Part shown: positions 1 through 9,489 of the stretch, in pieces
Numbering within the stretch: position 1 is the first letter of the stretch
Layout: each line of letters starts with the position of its first letter
Assembly (NCBI GenBank): GCA_013359265.1
Contig: JABWCD010000005.1
Coordinates: 73,678-137,677 of the forward strand
Direction of reading: 5' to 3'
From: Candidatus Hydrogenedentota bacterium
Lineage (GTDB): Bacteria > Hydrogenedentota > Hydrogenedentia > Hydrogenedentales > SLHB01
DNA: 64,000 nucleotides
Notes under the pieces: model-generated
Database searches by the model: none
Told to the model about the DNA's origin: nothing
The model's input: the letters and a program-made list of their open reading frames with translations, nothing else
Translations under genes and position numbers: made by a program

Positions 1-1
1 C

Positions 2-724
2 GCTCCAGTGCCCGACCATCTCGATTGGGACCTGTGGCTGGGCACCGCGCCGGAGCGTCCGTACGCACCGGAGGTGTATCACCCGTTCTGGTGGCGGCGC
101 TGGCGCGATTTCGGAAACGGCGCGACGGGCGATTTCGGCTGTCACATTTTCGACACCGTGTTCACCGCGCTCGACATTGGCGCGCCCTTGACCGTCTGCG
201 CGCAGGTCGAAAGCGTGGACGGCGACCAGTGGCCGGAATGGACGATATCGCGCTACGTGTTTCCCGGCGTCCCGATGAGCGCGGGAAAAACGATTACTGC
301 GACGTGGCTGGACGGAGGCAAGCGGCCGTCGTGGACCGTGTCGCGACATTTGACAAAAGATTTTGCGATGCCGTCGAGCGGATCGGTCGTCATCGGCGAA
401 GAAGGCACACTCGTCATTCCGCACGTGGGCGAGCCGTCGCTGCACCCCATCCACAAGTACAAGGACTATCCGAAGCCAAAGCTCGAGCCAATCAATCACT
501 ACCACCAGTTTGTCGAAGCCGCGCTCGGAAACGGCGTCGCCGGATCGCACTTTGACTACGCGGGCCCGCTCACCGAAGCGGTGCTACTTACCACAGTCGC
601 GGACCGATTCCCCGGTCAAACGCTCGAGTGGGATGCGCGGAAGATGCGCTTCGCGAATTCGCGGGAAGCGAACAAATTTCTGCGCCGCAAATACCGCGAT
701 GGTTGGCAGGTGAAAGGACTCTAA
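2..724 (+). CDS. Gfo/Idh/MocA family oxidoreductase, C-terminal part (5'-truncated by window edge)
   Basis: LDWDLWLGTAP..WRRWRDFGNGATGDFGCHIFD and C-terminal LEWD..NSREANKFLRRKYRDGW typical of this subfamily; frame is open from position 2. Confidence 0.85.
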   Translation, partial: APVPDHLDWDLWLGTAPERPYAPEVYHPFWWRRWRDFGNGATGDFGCHIFDTVFTALDIGAPLTVCAQVESVDGDQWPEWTISRYVFPGVPMSAGKTITATWLDGGKRPSWTVSRHLTKDFAMPSSGSVVIGEEGTLVIPHVGEPSLHPIHKYKDYPKPKLEPINHYHQFVEAALGNGVAGSHFDYAGPLTEAVLLTTVADRFPGQTLEWDARKMRFANSREANKFLRRKYRDGWQVKGL

Positions 725-748
725 ATCAACGCCACGCCGTAATATTCG

Positions 749-777
749 TTGAAAAATTCGGGCCCCTCCGCTATCCT
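749..777 (+). promoter_or_regulatory. putative sigma70 promoter
   Basis: TTGAAA-17 bp-TATCCT upstream of the 860 ORF. Confidence 0.45.
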
Positions 778-859
778 ACTGTCGCCCTCTCGGGCTGGGG
801 GACTGTTTTTTTGAAGCAGTTGCGGTTTGGGCCGCAGTCCCAAAGAGGAGAACCGACCT

Positions 860-1159
860 ATGGCGAAGCGAACGAGCAAGAATCCGGTACAAGAGATGTT
901 GGGCATGGCGGGCGATTTTGTCGTCAAGCAAAAAGGCAAATGGGAACACAAAGATTGGGAAGCGTTTGTCGAGAAAGTGCAGAAGGCCGGCGTCGATCTG
1001 TCCGATGAACTGAAGAAGAGCCTTGGCCATATTCTTGAAGCGACCAAACGTTTTTACGGTGATGTATCGAGCATTCCCGACAAGAAGCCCGCAAAGAAGG
1101 CCAAGCCAAGCGCCAAGGCCAAATCGAAATCGAAAGCGAAGGCCAAGTCCAAAGCCTGA
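860..1159 (+). CDS. small basic hypothetical protein with Lys/Ala/Ser-rich (histone H1-like) tail
   Basis: GAGGAG RBS at 845-850, ATG 860; tail KKPAKKAKPSAKAKSKSKAKAKSKA. Confidence 0.75.
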   Translation: MAKRTSKNPVQEMLGMAGDFVVKQKGKWEHKDWEAFVEKVQKAGVDLSDELKKSLGHILEATKRFYGDVSSIPDKKPAKKAKPSAKAKSKSKAKAKSKA

Positions 1160-1254
1160 TTCTCTTTTGGTGCTCACGAGTCCGTTTGCCCGCCGGTTGT
1201 GTGGCAGCACATCCGGCGTGGCGTATACGTTTGCCATGATGTAAAGGAAAGTTG

Positions 1255-2127
1255 ATGTTTCGTCTGGGCATTGTGGGTTCCGATAACAGTCACGCCGAGG
1301 CGTTTTCGCGGCTGACCAACCTCGAGGGCGAGAACCGGATTCCCGATGTGCTGGTCACGCACATCTACGGCACGGACGAGGCCCGCACAAAGGAAGTCGC
1401 CACCAACTGCGAGATTCCAAACATCGTCACGCGCACGGAGGACATGATCGGTCAGGTAGACGGCATTCTGTGTGTATGGCGACACGCCAGCAAACACAAG
1501 AACGATTCGTTGCCGTTCATCAAGGCGGGAATTCCCGCGTTCGTAGACAAACCACTCGCGCATACGGTGGCGGACGCGCGCGAACTGATCGACACTGCCG
1601 AGCAGGCCAAGGTCGGTTTCACGTCATTTTCGACGTTGCGGTTTTGCGTGCCGACCGTGCAATGGCTTGCTTCGTTGAAAGATTCGATCGATGTACCTGT
1701 TTCCGGCGTCAGCACTGGGCCCGCGGAAGTGGACAGCGAATACGACGGGCTGTGCTTCTACGGCGTACATACGGTCGAGCTCATGCACGCCGCGTTTGGT
1801 TACGGTGTGACGAGCGTCACGGCGAGCGAGCACAACAAGTACATCATGGCGGTCTGCAAATACGCGACCGGCCCGATCGTGGCCTTGAATTTTCAGTACA
1901 ACGAACCATACGTCTTCCATATATCCGCGTTTGGGAAGAAGGGATTTTCCGATCACAAAGTTGATTCGGGGACCAGTTACGTCGAAGGCATGAAAGTCAT
2001 CATGGAAATGATGCGCACGGGAAAGTGGCCGCTGACGCCACAGCAACTGATCGAACCCGTCCAGGTCCTCGCCGCCATAACGAAATCGCTCGCGGAAAAA
2101 CGCGAAGTCGCGTTGTCGGAAGTGTAA
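1255..2127 (+). CDS. Gfo/Idh/MocA family oxidoreductase
   Basis: N-terminal RLGIVGSDNSHA, FVDKPLA motif, YGVHTVE; AAGGAA RBS. Confidence 0.85.
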   Translation: MFRLGIVGSDNSHAEAFSRLTNLEGENRIPDVLVTHIYGTDEARTKEVATNCEIPNIVTRTEDMIGQVDGILCVWRHASKHKNDSLPFIKAGIPAFVDKPLAHTVADARELIDTAEQAKVGFTSFSTLRFCVPTVQWLASLKDSIDVPVSGVSTGPAEVDSEYDGLCFYGVHTVELMHAAFGYGVTSVTASEHNKYIMAVCKYATGPIVALNFQYNEPYVFHISAFGKKGFSDHKVDSGTSYVEGMKVIMEMMRTGKWPLTPQQLIEPVQVLAAITKSLAEKREVALSEV

Positions 2128-2168
2128 TTACTACTGCGCGGCGCTCGTCTGCCATCCCTCGCTCCACA

Positions 2169-2245
2169 AGGGACTGTCCCCGATTTCAGTCTCGAGGATC
2201 CGAAGCGTACTGTTAGGCCGATGTCCGAAATCGGGGACTGTCCCT
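2169..2245. repeat. REP-like inverted repeat between convergent genes
   Basis: AGGGACTGTCCCCGATTTC (2169-2187) and GAAATCGGGGACTGTCCCT (2227-2245) are reverse complements with 1 mismatch. Confidence 0.75.
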
Positions 2246-2252
2246 GATCCGT

Positions 2253-4358
2253 CTACGGCGCAGCAGCCGTCTGCCACCCCTCGCACTGCATGATGAAATA
2301 CTGATCCAGCTTGTCGGTCCAGTTCTTTGTCGCCTGCGGAGAACGCGATGAGATGTCCCGCATCGGCGCTCCGGCCCGTACGTTTGTCAGGTCGTACAAC
2401 GCCGCCGCCGCGGGCGGGCCCACGGCCCTCATGGTGAACGGCTCGCGCTGCGTCGACCAGACCAAACGCAATTTCGCGTTACGAATGCTGAGCATCAACG
2501 GATTGCCGACCATCGAGATGGGTTCACGCGATACCGGCGCGTTGATCAAGTCCGCTGTGCTTGCGTAGGGACCCAGCGTTACGTGCATCATCCTGGCCAG
2601 GGTGGATGCGACATCCTCGAGCCCTGTCAGTTCGCTGCGTTTTGCCGCGGTCACGCCAGGCGCGGACAGCACGAATGGCACGCGCAAGCTCCAATCGGCC
2701 AACACGGTGTCGTCGGGCAGGTAACTCCCGCGCGTCGATGTCACCACGATACAGGTCTTGGCTCCCTGCGCATTTCTCACGTGCCCGATGAACTGCCCAA
2801 CTTCGCGATCGAGATATTGGACCGCGGCGTTGTACAGCGCGCTTGGCGTCGCGCTGGCCAAATCGGGAAGGAGGGAGCGGGCGTGAAGTTCTCTCGAGCG
2901 CGGATTGCGCAGGTCGGTCAGGCGGACGAGCAGGAAGTAATTTGTGTCTTTGTGCGCGTCAAACCAACGGCGCGCTTTGCTCAACGTTTCACTCGAACCC
3001 ATGGCGGGACCGGGCGCGTTCGGATCGAGTTGCACACTCGCAGCGGGCGGTTCCGCGATGTAACCGTCGTCGAATGTGTCAAACCCGCGCTCGAAACCCC
3101 GTCCGTGCACGAGATCGCCCCAGCCCTCCCCTTCGGTGAACGCTGCTGTTGCGTACCGCTCGCCGCGCAACGCTTCCGAAATGGTCTTGAGTTCCTTTGG
3201 CAGCGGGCCTGCGCGGTCGCCCAGATAACCGTGCCGCAGCGGTGAAACGCCGGTAAGCAGCGTCATGCACGATGCCGCGGCCTCCGGCGCCGGCGCATAG
3301 GTGAGCGGATACGTCAGCGCCGCCGCTCCAATACGTTCGAGATTCGGCGTCGTTCCCTTTGCCGAACCCATGCTCGACACGCGATCGGCGCCAAGTCCGT
3401 CAACAACGATCAGGACCAGGCTGGGATTCGATTCATTGCCCTGCATTCTGCGAACGTGCGGCCCGTCGATCAGGAGCGTTCGGTCCGATGTGAGGACTGG
3501 CAGAACACCGACTGCTTTGCGCCACTTCGATTCCTTCTCCGTGGACCAGCGCACGACGCACGTGGTCATCTTGCGGGGAACATCTTCGGCAGGGATTTGG
3601 AGGTAAGACCACTCGCCGGCCGCCAAATCAATCGAACCCGAAAACTGCGTCGTGGTATCGCCGCGCATCTCAATCGTGAGGTAGGCGACTTCCAACGCGT
3701 CTTCAAGCGCGGTTTCGGGCGGGTTCGCGCAGCCGATCATGAGGCATTCGCCGATCGACGCGGTCGCGTTGGTGGTCAGCACGGAGCCTTCGGGTAGTGC
3801 GCGCGCACTCGCGTACGCGGTACCGACGCGGTAGGTCTGCACTTCCTCCGGCGCTTTCGGCCGCGCCTTCTCGACGCTGCCGGCCCAAACCTCGAACATG
3901 ATAAAACCGGCTAACAGCAAGGGCATACCGCTCGCCATCCACGCGACGTTCCACGCGCGCGGACCGGATTCGCTGCGCAGAATCGCATAGAAGCCGACCA
4001 GTTTTAGCGTCGCGTGAATCCCGGCGAATGCGGCAAAATAGATGAGCGACTCGAAGTCGTTGAGCGCCGGGTGCGGCCAATTTACGTCGAATCGGGCGAG
4101 GTAGGGCAGGAAGGCGGCGACCGCCCCGTGCGAGAGGCATTCGCCCAACAGCGGCCAATTGGTTTTCGTGGGCCAGGTGAAGCGCACGAGCCCGACGTAG
4201 AGCAATTGAAGTCCGGCATATGTGGCCGCAACGCCGCAGGCCACCATCAACCCCGGCGTCAGTCCCGGCACGTAACCCTGTTCGCCCAAGGCCTGCCGCG
4301 CAAATAAACCGGTAACGCCCGACGAGATTCCAAGCGTGATTGCGTAAACGAAGATCAT
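2253..4358 (-). CDS. membrane-anchored sulfatase-like / alkaline-phosphatase-superfamily protein
   Basis: N-terminal TM helices; PSLVLIVVDGLGADR, TPNLERI, LLTG..P..HG, GFERGFDTF; canonical CxPxR absent. Confidence 0.7.
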   Translation of the reverse strand: MIFVYAITLGISSGVTGLFARQALGEQGYVPGLTPGLMVACGVAATYAGLQLLYVGLVRFTWPTKTNWPLLGECLSHGAVAAFLPYLARFDVNWPHPALNDFESLIYFAAFAGIHATLKLVGFYAILRSESGPRAWNVAWMASGMPLLLAGFIMFEVWAGSVEKARPKAPEEVQTYRVGTAYASARALPEGSVLTTNATASIGECLMIGCANPPETALEDALEVAYLTIEMRGDTTTQFSGSIDLAAGEWSYLQIPAEDVPRKMTTCVVRWSTEKESKWRKAVGVLPVLTSDRTLLIDGPHVRRMQGNESNPSLVLIVVDGLGADRVSSMGSAKGTTPNLERIGAAALTYPLTYAPAPEAAASCMTLLTGVSPLRHGYLGDRAGPLPKELKTISEALRGERYATAAFTEGEGWGDLVHGRGFERGFDTFDDGYIAEPPAASVQLDPNAPGPAMGSSETLSKARRWFDAHKDTNYFLLVRLTDLRNPRSRELHARSLLPDLASATPSALYNAAVQYLDREVGQFIGHVRNAQGAKTCIVVTSTRGSYLPDDTVLADWSLRVPFVLSAPGVTAAKRSELTGLEDVASTLARMMHVTLGPYASTADLINAPVSREPISMVGNPLMLSIRNAKLRLVWSTQREPFTMRAVGPPAAAALYDLTNVRAGAPMRDISSRSPQATKNWTDKLDQYFIMQCEGWQTAAAP

Positions 4359-4475
4359 CGTTCCCTCAAACGAGTGAGTGTACGCAGTCCGGCGCCCCGT
4401 TCACAATCGGTCGGGTGCAATGGATGTCTTGGATGCTACCTGGCTTCTGGCGCCCGAAGTCGTTTCCACTGCGTC

Positions 4476-5276
4476 TTAACCAAGCAACTCCCGCTCGGCA
4501 TATTCCACGGCATTGCGAAAGACACGCAGCCCGATTCCCTCCTCTGGCCGAGCCTCGCGTGTCCAAAGAGGATGGTGTGTGCGCTCGGTGTGGGCTTCGG
4601 GATGCGGCATCAACCCGAACACGCGCCCGGTCGTGTCACAAATGCCCGCCACGTCGTCAATCGATCCGTTCGGGTTGGCCGGGAAGTCGCCGCGCGCCGC
4701 TTCGCCGTCGTGCAGGCAGTAGCGCAATACGATCATGCCGCGATCGCCAAGCGATTTGAGTACGTCCGCGTCGCGCGGGATAAACTTGCCCTCGCCGTGG
4801 CGCACGGGCAATTCGAGTTGGTCCAATCCCTTTACCCAAACGCATGAGGTGTTCTTCGCGGTCTTTAAGTGTACCCACCGATCTTCGAAGCGCCCCGAGT
4901 CGTTGTGCGTCAGCGTCACTTCCTGCCGGAAATCGCCTTCGAGCATGGGGAGCATGCCCATCTTCACGAGCACTTGGAATCCGTTGCAGATGCCGATGAC
5001 AAGCTTTCCCTCCGCGACAAACCGCCTGAGCGCGTCGCCCAGCTTGTAGCGGAGCCGGTTCGCCAATATCTTTCCCGATGCAACGTCGTCGCCGAATGAG
5101 AACCCGCCGGGCACCGCGAGTATCCGGTACTCCTTCAGCATGGCGGGCCGCGCAATGACGTCATTGAGGTGAACGCGGACCGGTCCCGCGCCCGCGCGTG
5201 CGAACGCGTCGGCCGTTTCATGGTCGCAATTGATACCGAATCCGGTCAGGATGAGTGCGCGTGTCGTGGTGCTCAT
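4476..5276 (-). CDS. purQ: phosphoribosylformylglycinamidine synthase glutaminase subunit
   Basis: GINCDHET, PGGFSFGDD, GICNGFQ nucleophile motif, HGEGK, MPHPE. Confidence 0.95.
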   Translation of the reverse strand: MSTTTRALILTGFGINCDHETADAFARAGAGPVRVHLNDVIARPAMLKEYRILAVPGGFSFGDDVASGKILANRLRYKLGDALRRFVAEGKLVIGICNGFQVLVKMGMLPMLEGDFRQEVTLTHNDSGRFEDRWVHLKTAKNTSCVWVKGLDQLELPVRHGEGKFIPRDADVLKSLGDRGMIVLRYCLHDGEAARGDFPANPNGSIDDVAGICDTTGRVFGLMPHPEAHTERTHHPLWTREARPEEGIGLRVFRNAVEYAERELLG

Positions 5277-5289
5277 AATTAATCCATCG

Positions 5290-8200
5290 CTACCAGCGGA
5301 GCGTGCGTTGCCACGCTTCTTTCAATTCGGGAAGGCTTGCCTCGTCCGCGTAACCGTCGCGTCCGCGGATGCGAAGCACCTCGAGCGGAATTACGGAGCC
5401 TATCCGCGTTACCGGGACGCCGTCCATGGCGGACTCAAACTCCGCGGCTTTCGCAGCGGGCACAGTAACCACGAAGCGGCTTTGCGATTCGCTGAACATC
5501 GCGATCACATCGTTCGCGGCCGGTATCTTCGTTAGGTCAATCTCCATGCCGAACCCGCCTGCGAACGCCGACTCGGCAAGCGCTGCGCCGAGTCCGCCGT
5601 CCGAGCAGTCGTGGCACGACGAAACATAACCACGGCCGATCGCGTCCGACAACTTTTCGTATGTCATGCGCGCTCGCTTTGCATCGACCTTGGGTACGAC
5701 TGCTCCGAGTTGGCCGCGCAGCGCGAGATATTCGCTGCCGCCCATCTCGGGCTTCGTTTCACCGACAACGTACACGGCGTCGCCGGCGTGTTTTACGTCC
5801 ATCGACACCACTTTGGTCACGTCGTCGATGATTGCGGCGGCGGTGAAGAGTACCGTGGGTGGAATGGAAATCTTCGTGCCACCGATCTTGTAGTCATTTT
5901 TCATACTGTCTTTGCCACTGATCAATGGGATGTCGTAGGAAGTGCAGATGTCGTAGAGCGCCTCGCAGCAGCGCACGAGCTGGGCGAGTTTGTACTCGCC
6001 GTCGGGCGTCTTCTCGCTCTGCACCGGATCGGGCCAGCAGAAATTGTCCAATCCGGCAATGCTCCCGATGCGCGCGCCGACTGCGATGAGGTTGCGCACG
6101 GCCTCGTCCACCGCGCTCGCCATCATCCAGTAGGTATCAAGATCGCTGTACTTGGGCGCGATGCCGCACGACACCGCGATGCCGCGTTTGGAACCGGGCA
6201 CCGGACGAATTACGCCGGCGTCGCCGGGGCCGTCGTGGTCGACGCCCTGGAACTGTTTCAGCACGCTCTGCGCGAGGACTTCATGGTCGTACATGCGCAC
6301 GAACGATTCTTTGCTGCACACGTTTAGTGAACCGAGCACGGCCTTCAAGTCGGCGATGAGATCGCTTTGTTCAACGATAATCTCCCGCGTGACGGCGGGC
6401 GGCTCCCACCTCGCTTTCAGATGCATTCTCGGCACGCCGTCATGCAGAAAGTGCATGTCGAGCGCGCCGATCAGCTTGCCTTCGTAACGGCATTCGAGGC
6501 GGCCAGAGCCGGTGAATTCGCCGAGGACAGTCGCTTCGACCTCGCGGCGCCTTGCCAAGTCCAGGAAGGCGTCGACCTTGTCCGGCGGAACAGCGAGAGT
6601 CATGCGCTCTTGCGCTTCGGACAGGAAAATCTCCCATGGCGCGAGGCCCGGATACTTCAGCGGCGCGCGTTCAAGATGCACGACGGCGCCGCCCGAACCT
6701 TTCGCCATTTCGCCGATACTCGATGACAAACCGCCCGCGCCGTTGTCGGTGATGTTCGAAAAGAGGCCGAGGTCGCGCGCTTCGATCAGAAAGTCGGCCA
6801 TTTTCTTTTGCGTGATTGCGTCGCCGATTTGCACGGCTGTTGCGGGCGAACCTTCGTGCAACTCCTCGGACGAAAACGTCGCGCCGTGAATCCCGTCTTT
6901 GCCTATGCGGCCGCCGCACATGACAATTCGATCGCCGGGCCGGGCTGTTTTTTCGTGGCTGGGTTGGCCGTTGATCGTTGCGGGGATGAGACCGCCGGTG
7001 CCGCAGAACACAAGAGGCTTGCCAAGGAAGCGTTCGTGAAACACGATCGCGCCGTTCAGGTCCGGAATGCCGCTTTGGTTGCCGCCGTCCTTCACGCCTT
7101 GATGCACACCGCGCAGCACGCGCCGGGGATGCATCAGGCGCGCGGGGATGTCGCCATCGTAGAACGGCGACGCAAAACAGAACACGTCCGTGTTGAAAAT
7201 GCAGCGGCAACCAAGTCCGGCGCCGAGAACATCGCGGTTCACGCCAACGATGCCCGTAATCGCGCCGCCGTACGGATCGAGCGCGGAGGGGCTGTTGTGC
7301 GTCTCCGCCTTCAACGCGAAATTCCAGTTCTTGTCAAACCTGATAATGCCGGCGTTGTCGTGGAACACGCTGACGAGCCAATCGACGCGCTTGCCGACTT
7401 CGTCCGTCGTCGCCTTTACGTAGGACTTGAACAGGCTGTCGATCGTGCGCGTGTTTCCCGCTTCGTCGGTGTACTCGATGACGGCATTGAATATCTTGTG
7501 TTTGCAGTGCTCGGACCAGGTTTGGGCGAGGATTTCGAGCTCGATATCTGTCGGCTGTTGCGGCAGGCCCGCGGCGGCCCGCCACGTCTGGACGGACGCG
7601 TCACCGTAATGCGCTTGTATCGCTTTCATTTCGCCAAGTTCGAGCGCCAGCATGCCGTCGCGGCTGAGGGCCATGAGCGCGTCGTCGGAAATGTTCAGAT
7701 CGATTGTCCGCACTTCTGCGCTGCTGCGTTCGGTAACGAGGGGCAGCCCGAGCAGGCCGTGACCGCCTATGTCCCCGAGCTCCGACGCCGGCTTCACAAT
7801 CCAACGCTGGATGAGTTCATTTGCGAGCAGATCGCGCGCAATGCGCTCGCATTGTTTCGCGTTGACGCGGCCCTTGAGCGCGTACAGGGTCGACTTGTAG
7901 ACCGCGTCACCGGGGGAGAGGGCGCGCCCAATTGTATCGGCGATGCCTTCCGCGGAACTCTTGCCGATGTTATCGGTGACGCCCGGCCGGAACCCGACTT
8001 CGATCGCGAAATCGAAATCGCGGGCCAGCAGGGAATCAACGGCCGAATCCTGAATGATCGGATCGGTGAACAGCTCGCGGCGGACGAGTTCGAGTTCTTC
8101 TGTGCTCAAATTCGCGTGGATGGTATACACGTCGATTGCGCGCACGTCCTCGATGTGGATGCCCAAATCGTCCGCCACGCGGGCGCGAACGCCAAGGCCC

Positions 8201-8295
8201 GCCGGGTCCGGCATGCCCTGTTTCATCCCGACCTCGATTCGGTGCACGGCGTGTGACGTCGCGGCGGGGGCGGTGGCAGCGGCCTCTTTAGGCAT
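5290..8295 (-). CDS. purL: phosphoribosylformylglycinamidine synthase subunit PurL with N-terminal PurS-like domains
   Basis: QTWSEHCKHK, ETHNSPSALDPYGGA, GKDGIHGA, DNGAGG, SEAQERM, SGKDSM. Confidence 0.95.
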   Translation of the reverse strand: MPKEAAATAPAATSHAVHRIEVGMKQGMPDPAGLGVRARVADDLGIHIEDVRAIDVYTIHANLSTEELELVRRELFTDPIIQDSAVDSLLARDFDFAIEVGFRPGVTDNIGKSSAEGIADTIGRALSPGDAVYKSTLYALKGRVNAKQCERIARDLLANELIQRWIVKPASELGDIGGHGLLGLPLVTERSSAEVRTIDLNISDDALMALSRDGMLALELGEMKAIQAHYGDASVQTWRAAAGLPQQPTDIELEILAQTWSEHCKHKIFNAVIEYTDEAGNTRTIDSLFKSYVKATTDEVGKRVDWLVSVFHDNAGIIRFDKNWNFALKAETHNSPSALDPYGGAITGIVGVNRDVLGAGLGCRCIFNTDVFCFASPFYDGDIPARLMHPRRVLRGVHQGVKDGGNQSGIPDLNGAIVFHERFLGKPLVFCGTGGLIPATINGQPSHEKTARPGDRIVMCGGRIGKDGIHGATFSSEELHEGSPATAVQIGDAITQKKMADFLIEARDLGLFSNITDNGAGGLSSSIGEMAKGSGGAVVHLERAPLKYPGLAPWEIFLSEAQERMTLAVPPDKVDAFLDLARRREVEATVLGEFTGSGRLECRYEGKLIGALDMHFLHDGVPRMHLKARWEPPAVTREIIVEQSDLIADLKAVLGSLNVCSKESFVRMYDHEVLAQSVLKQFQGVDHDGPGDAGVIRPVPGSKRGIAVSCGIAPKYSDLDTYWMMASAVDEAVRNLIAVGARIGSIAGLDNFCWPDPVQSEKTPDGEYKLAQLVRCCEALYDICTSYDIPLISGKDSMKNDYKIGGTKISIPPTVLFTAAAIIDDVTKVVSMDVKHAGDAVYVVGETKPEMGGSEYLALRGQLGAVVPKVDAKRARMTYEKLSDAIGRGYVSSCHDCSDGGLGAALAESAFAGGFGMEIDLTKIPAANDVIAMFSESQSRFVVTVPAAKAAEFESAMDGVPVTRIGSVIPLEVLRIRGRDGYADEASLPELKEAWQRTLRW

Positions 8296-9349
8296 AGCGA
8301 AGTGTTCCCGAGTAGGTTACGCGGCGCTCTCCCTTGATAACGCGGCCGATAACCCGGCCTTCGCTGCCGGCCTGATCGAGTGTCTTCAACGCGCGCTCGG
8401 CCTCGTCCTCGGATACAATCACGAGGTAGCCCATGCCGCAATTGAAGGTGCGCAGCATTTCAAATTGTTCGACTTGACCCGCCCGCTGAAGGAAGCCGAA
8501 AACCGGCGGCGCAGTCCACGCGTCGAGATTGATTTCGACGCCCGTTTCGTGTGGCAACGTGCGGGGGAGATTGTCGGTGATGCCGCCCCCGGTGATGTGC
8601 GCCATTCCTTTGACCGTCACGATTTTCATGAGCACGCGAATAATCGTCGCGTAACTGCGGTGCGGCTCGAGCAGCGCTTCGCCGACCGTTCGGTCGACGC
8701 CGGGCATCGGGTCGCTGCAATCGAGTTTGGCGACCTCGAAGCATATCTTGCGCGCGAGGCTGTAGCCGTTGGTGTGTAGTCCTGATGATGGCAGGCCAAT
8801 GACGACGTCGCCAGGCTGCACTGTCGAACCATCGACAATCTTTTTGCGATCGACGACGCCGACAATCGTTCCAGAGATGTCGTATTCCCCGGGCTGGTAG
8901 AGTCCCGGCATTTCCGCGGTCTCGCCGCCGATAAGCGCGCAGCCCGCGTAGCGGCACCCGTTGGTCAGGCCGCGAATGACTTCTACAACCACGTTGGGTT
9001 CGAGCCGCCCAAACGCGAGATAGTCGAGAAAGAAGAGAGGCTTCGCGCCCTGCACCAGAATGTCGTTGACGCAATGGGAAACCAGATCGACACCGATCGT
9101 GTCGTGCTTGCCCGTCATGAATGCGAGCTTAATCTTGGTACCAACGCCGTCTACGCTCGATACGAGCACCGGTTCGTCCATGCCCTTGGTGTCGAGGCTG
9201 TACATCGCGCCGAAGGTTCCGATATCGCACAGCACGCGATCGTCGAACGTTTTGTTCACGAGGTTCTTTATTTCGCGGACTGCCTTGTCCGCGGCGTCAA
9301 TGTCGACGCCGGCGTCGCGGTACGTCAGGCCGCGTTTGTCGTTGCTCAT
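8288..9349 (-). CDS. purM: phosphoribosylaminoimidazole synthetase
   Basis: TYRDAGVDI, DGVGTK, GGETAEMPG, SSGLHTNGYSL, HITGGG, TFNCGMG; start taken at ATG 9349. Confidence 0.95.
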   Translation of the reverse strand: MSNDKRGLTYRDAGVDIDAADKAVREIKNLVNKTFDDRVLCDIGTFGAMYSLDTKGMDEPVLVSSVDGVGTKIKLAFMTGKHDTIGVDLVSHCVNDILVQGAKPLFFLDYLAFGRLEPNVVVEVIRGLTNGCRYAGCALIGGETAEMPGLYQPGEYDISGTIVGVVDRKKIVDGSTVQPGDVVIGLPSSGLHTNGYSLARKICFEVAKLDCSDPMPGVDRTVGEALLEPHRSYATIIRVLMKIVTVKGMAHITGGGITDNLPRTLPHETGVEINLDAWTAPPVFGFLQRAGQVEQFEMLRTFNCGMGYLVIVSEDEAERALKTLDQAGSEGRVIGRVIKGERRVTYSGTLRYA

Positions 9350-9489
9350 ACAGGTGCACCTCATCGAATCGCGTTCGGGCCCGCGGGGCCGATGGCACGC
9401 GAAGCATGCGGTTAGATTACGGGCAGGATGGAGATAAAGCAATTGAATTAAATCTATTATGCCGATAAGATTTTCTGATTGGAGATCCG

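Noticed and set aside
6808-8256. long antisense ORFs (also 10442-11926, 14528-15517, 30032-31339, 51944-53074, 55548-56777)
   Set aside because: Shadows of well-supported genes on the opposite strand, expected in high-GC DNA; no motifs
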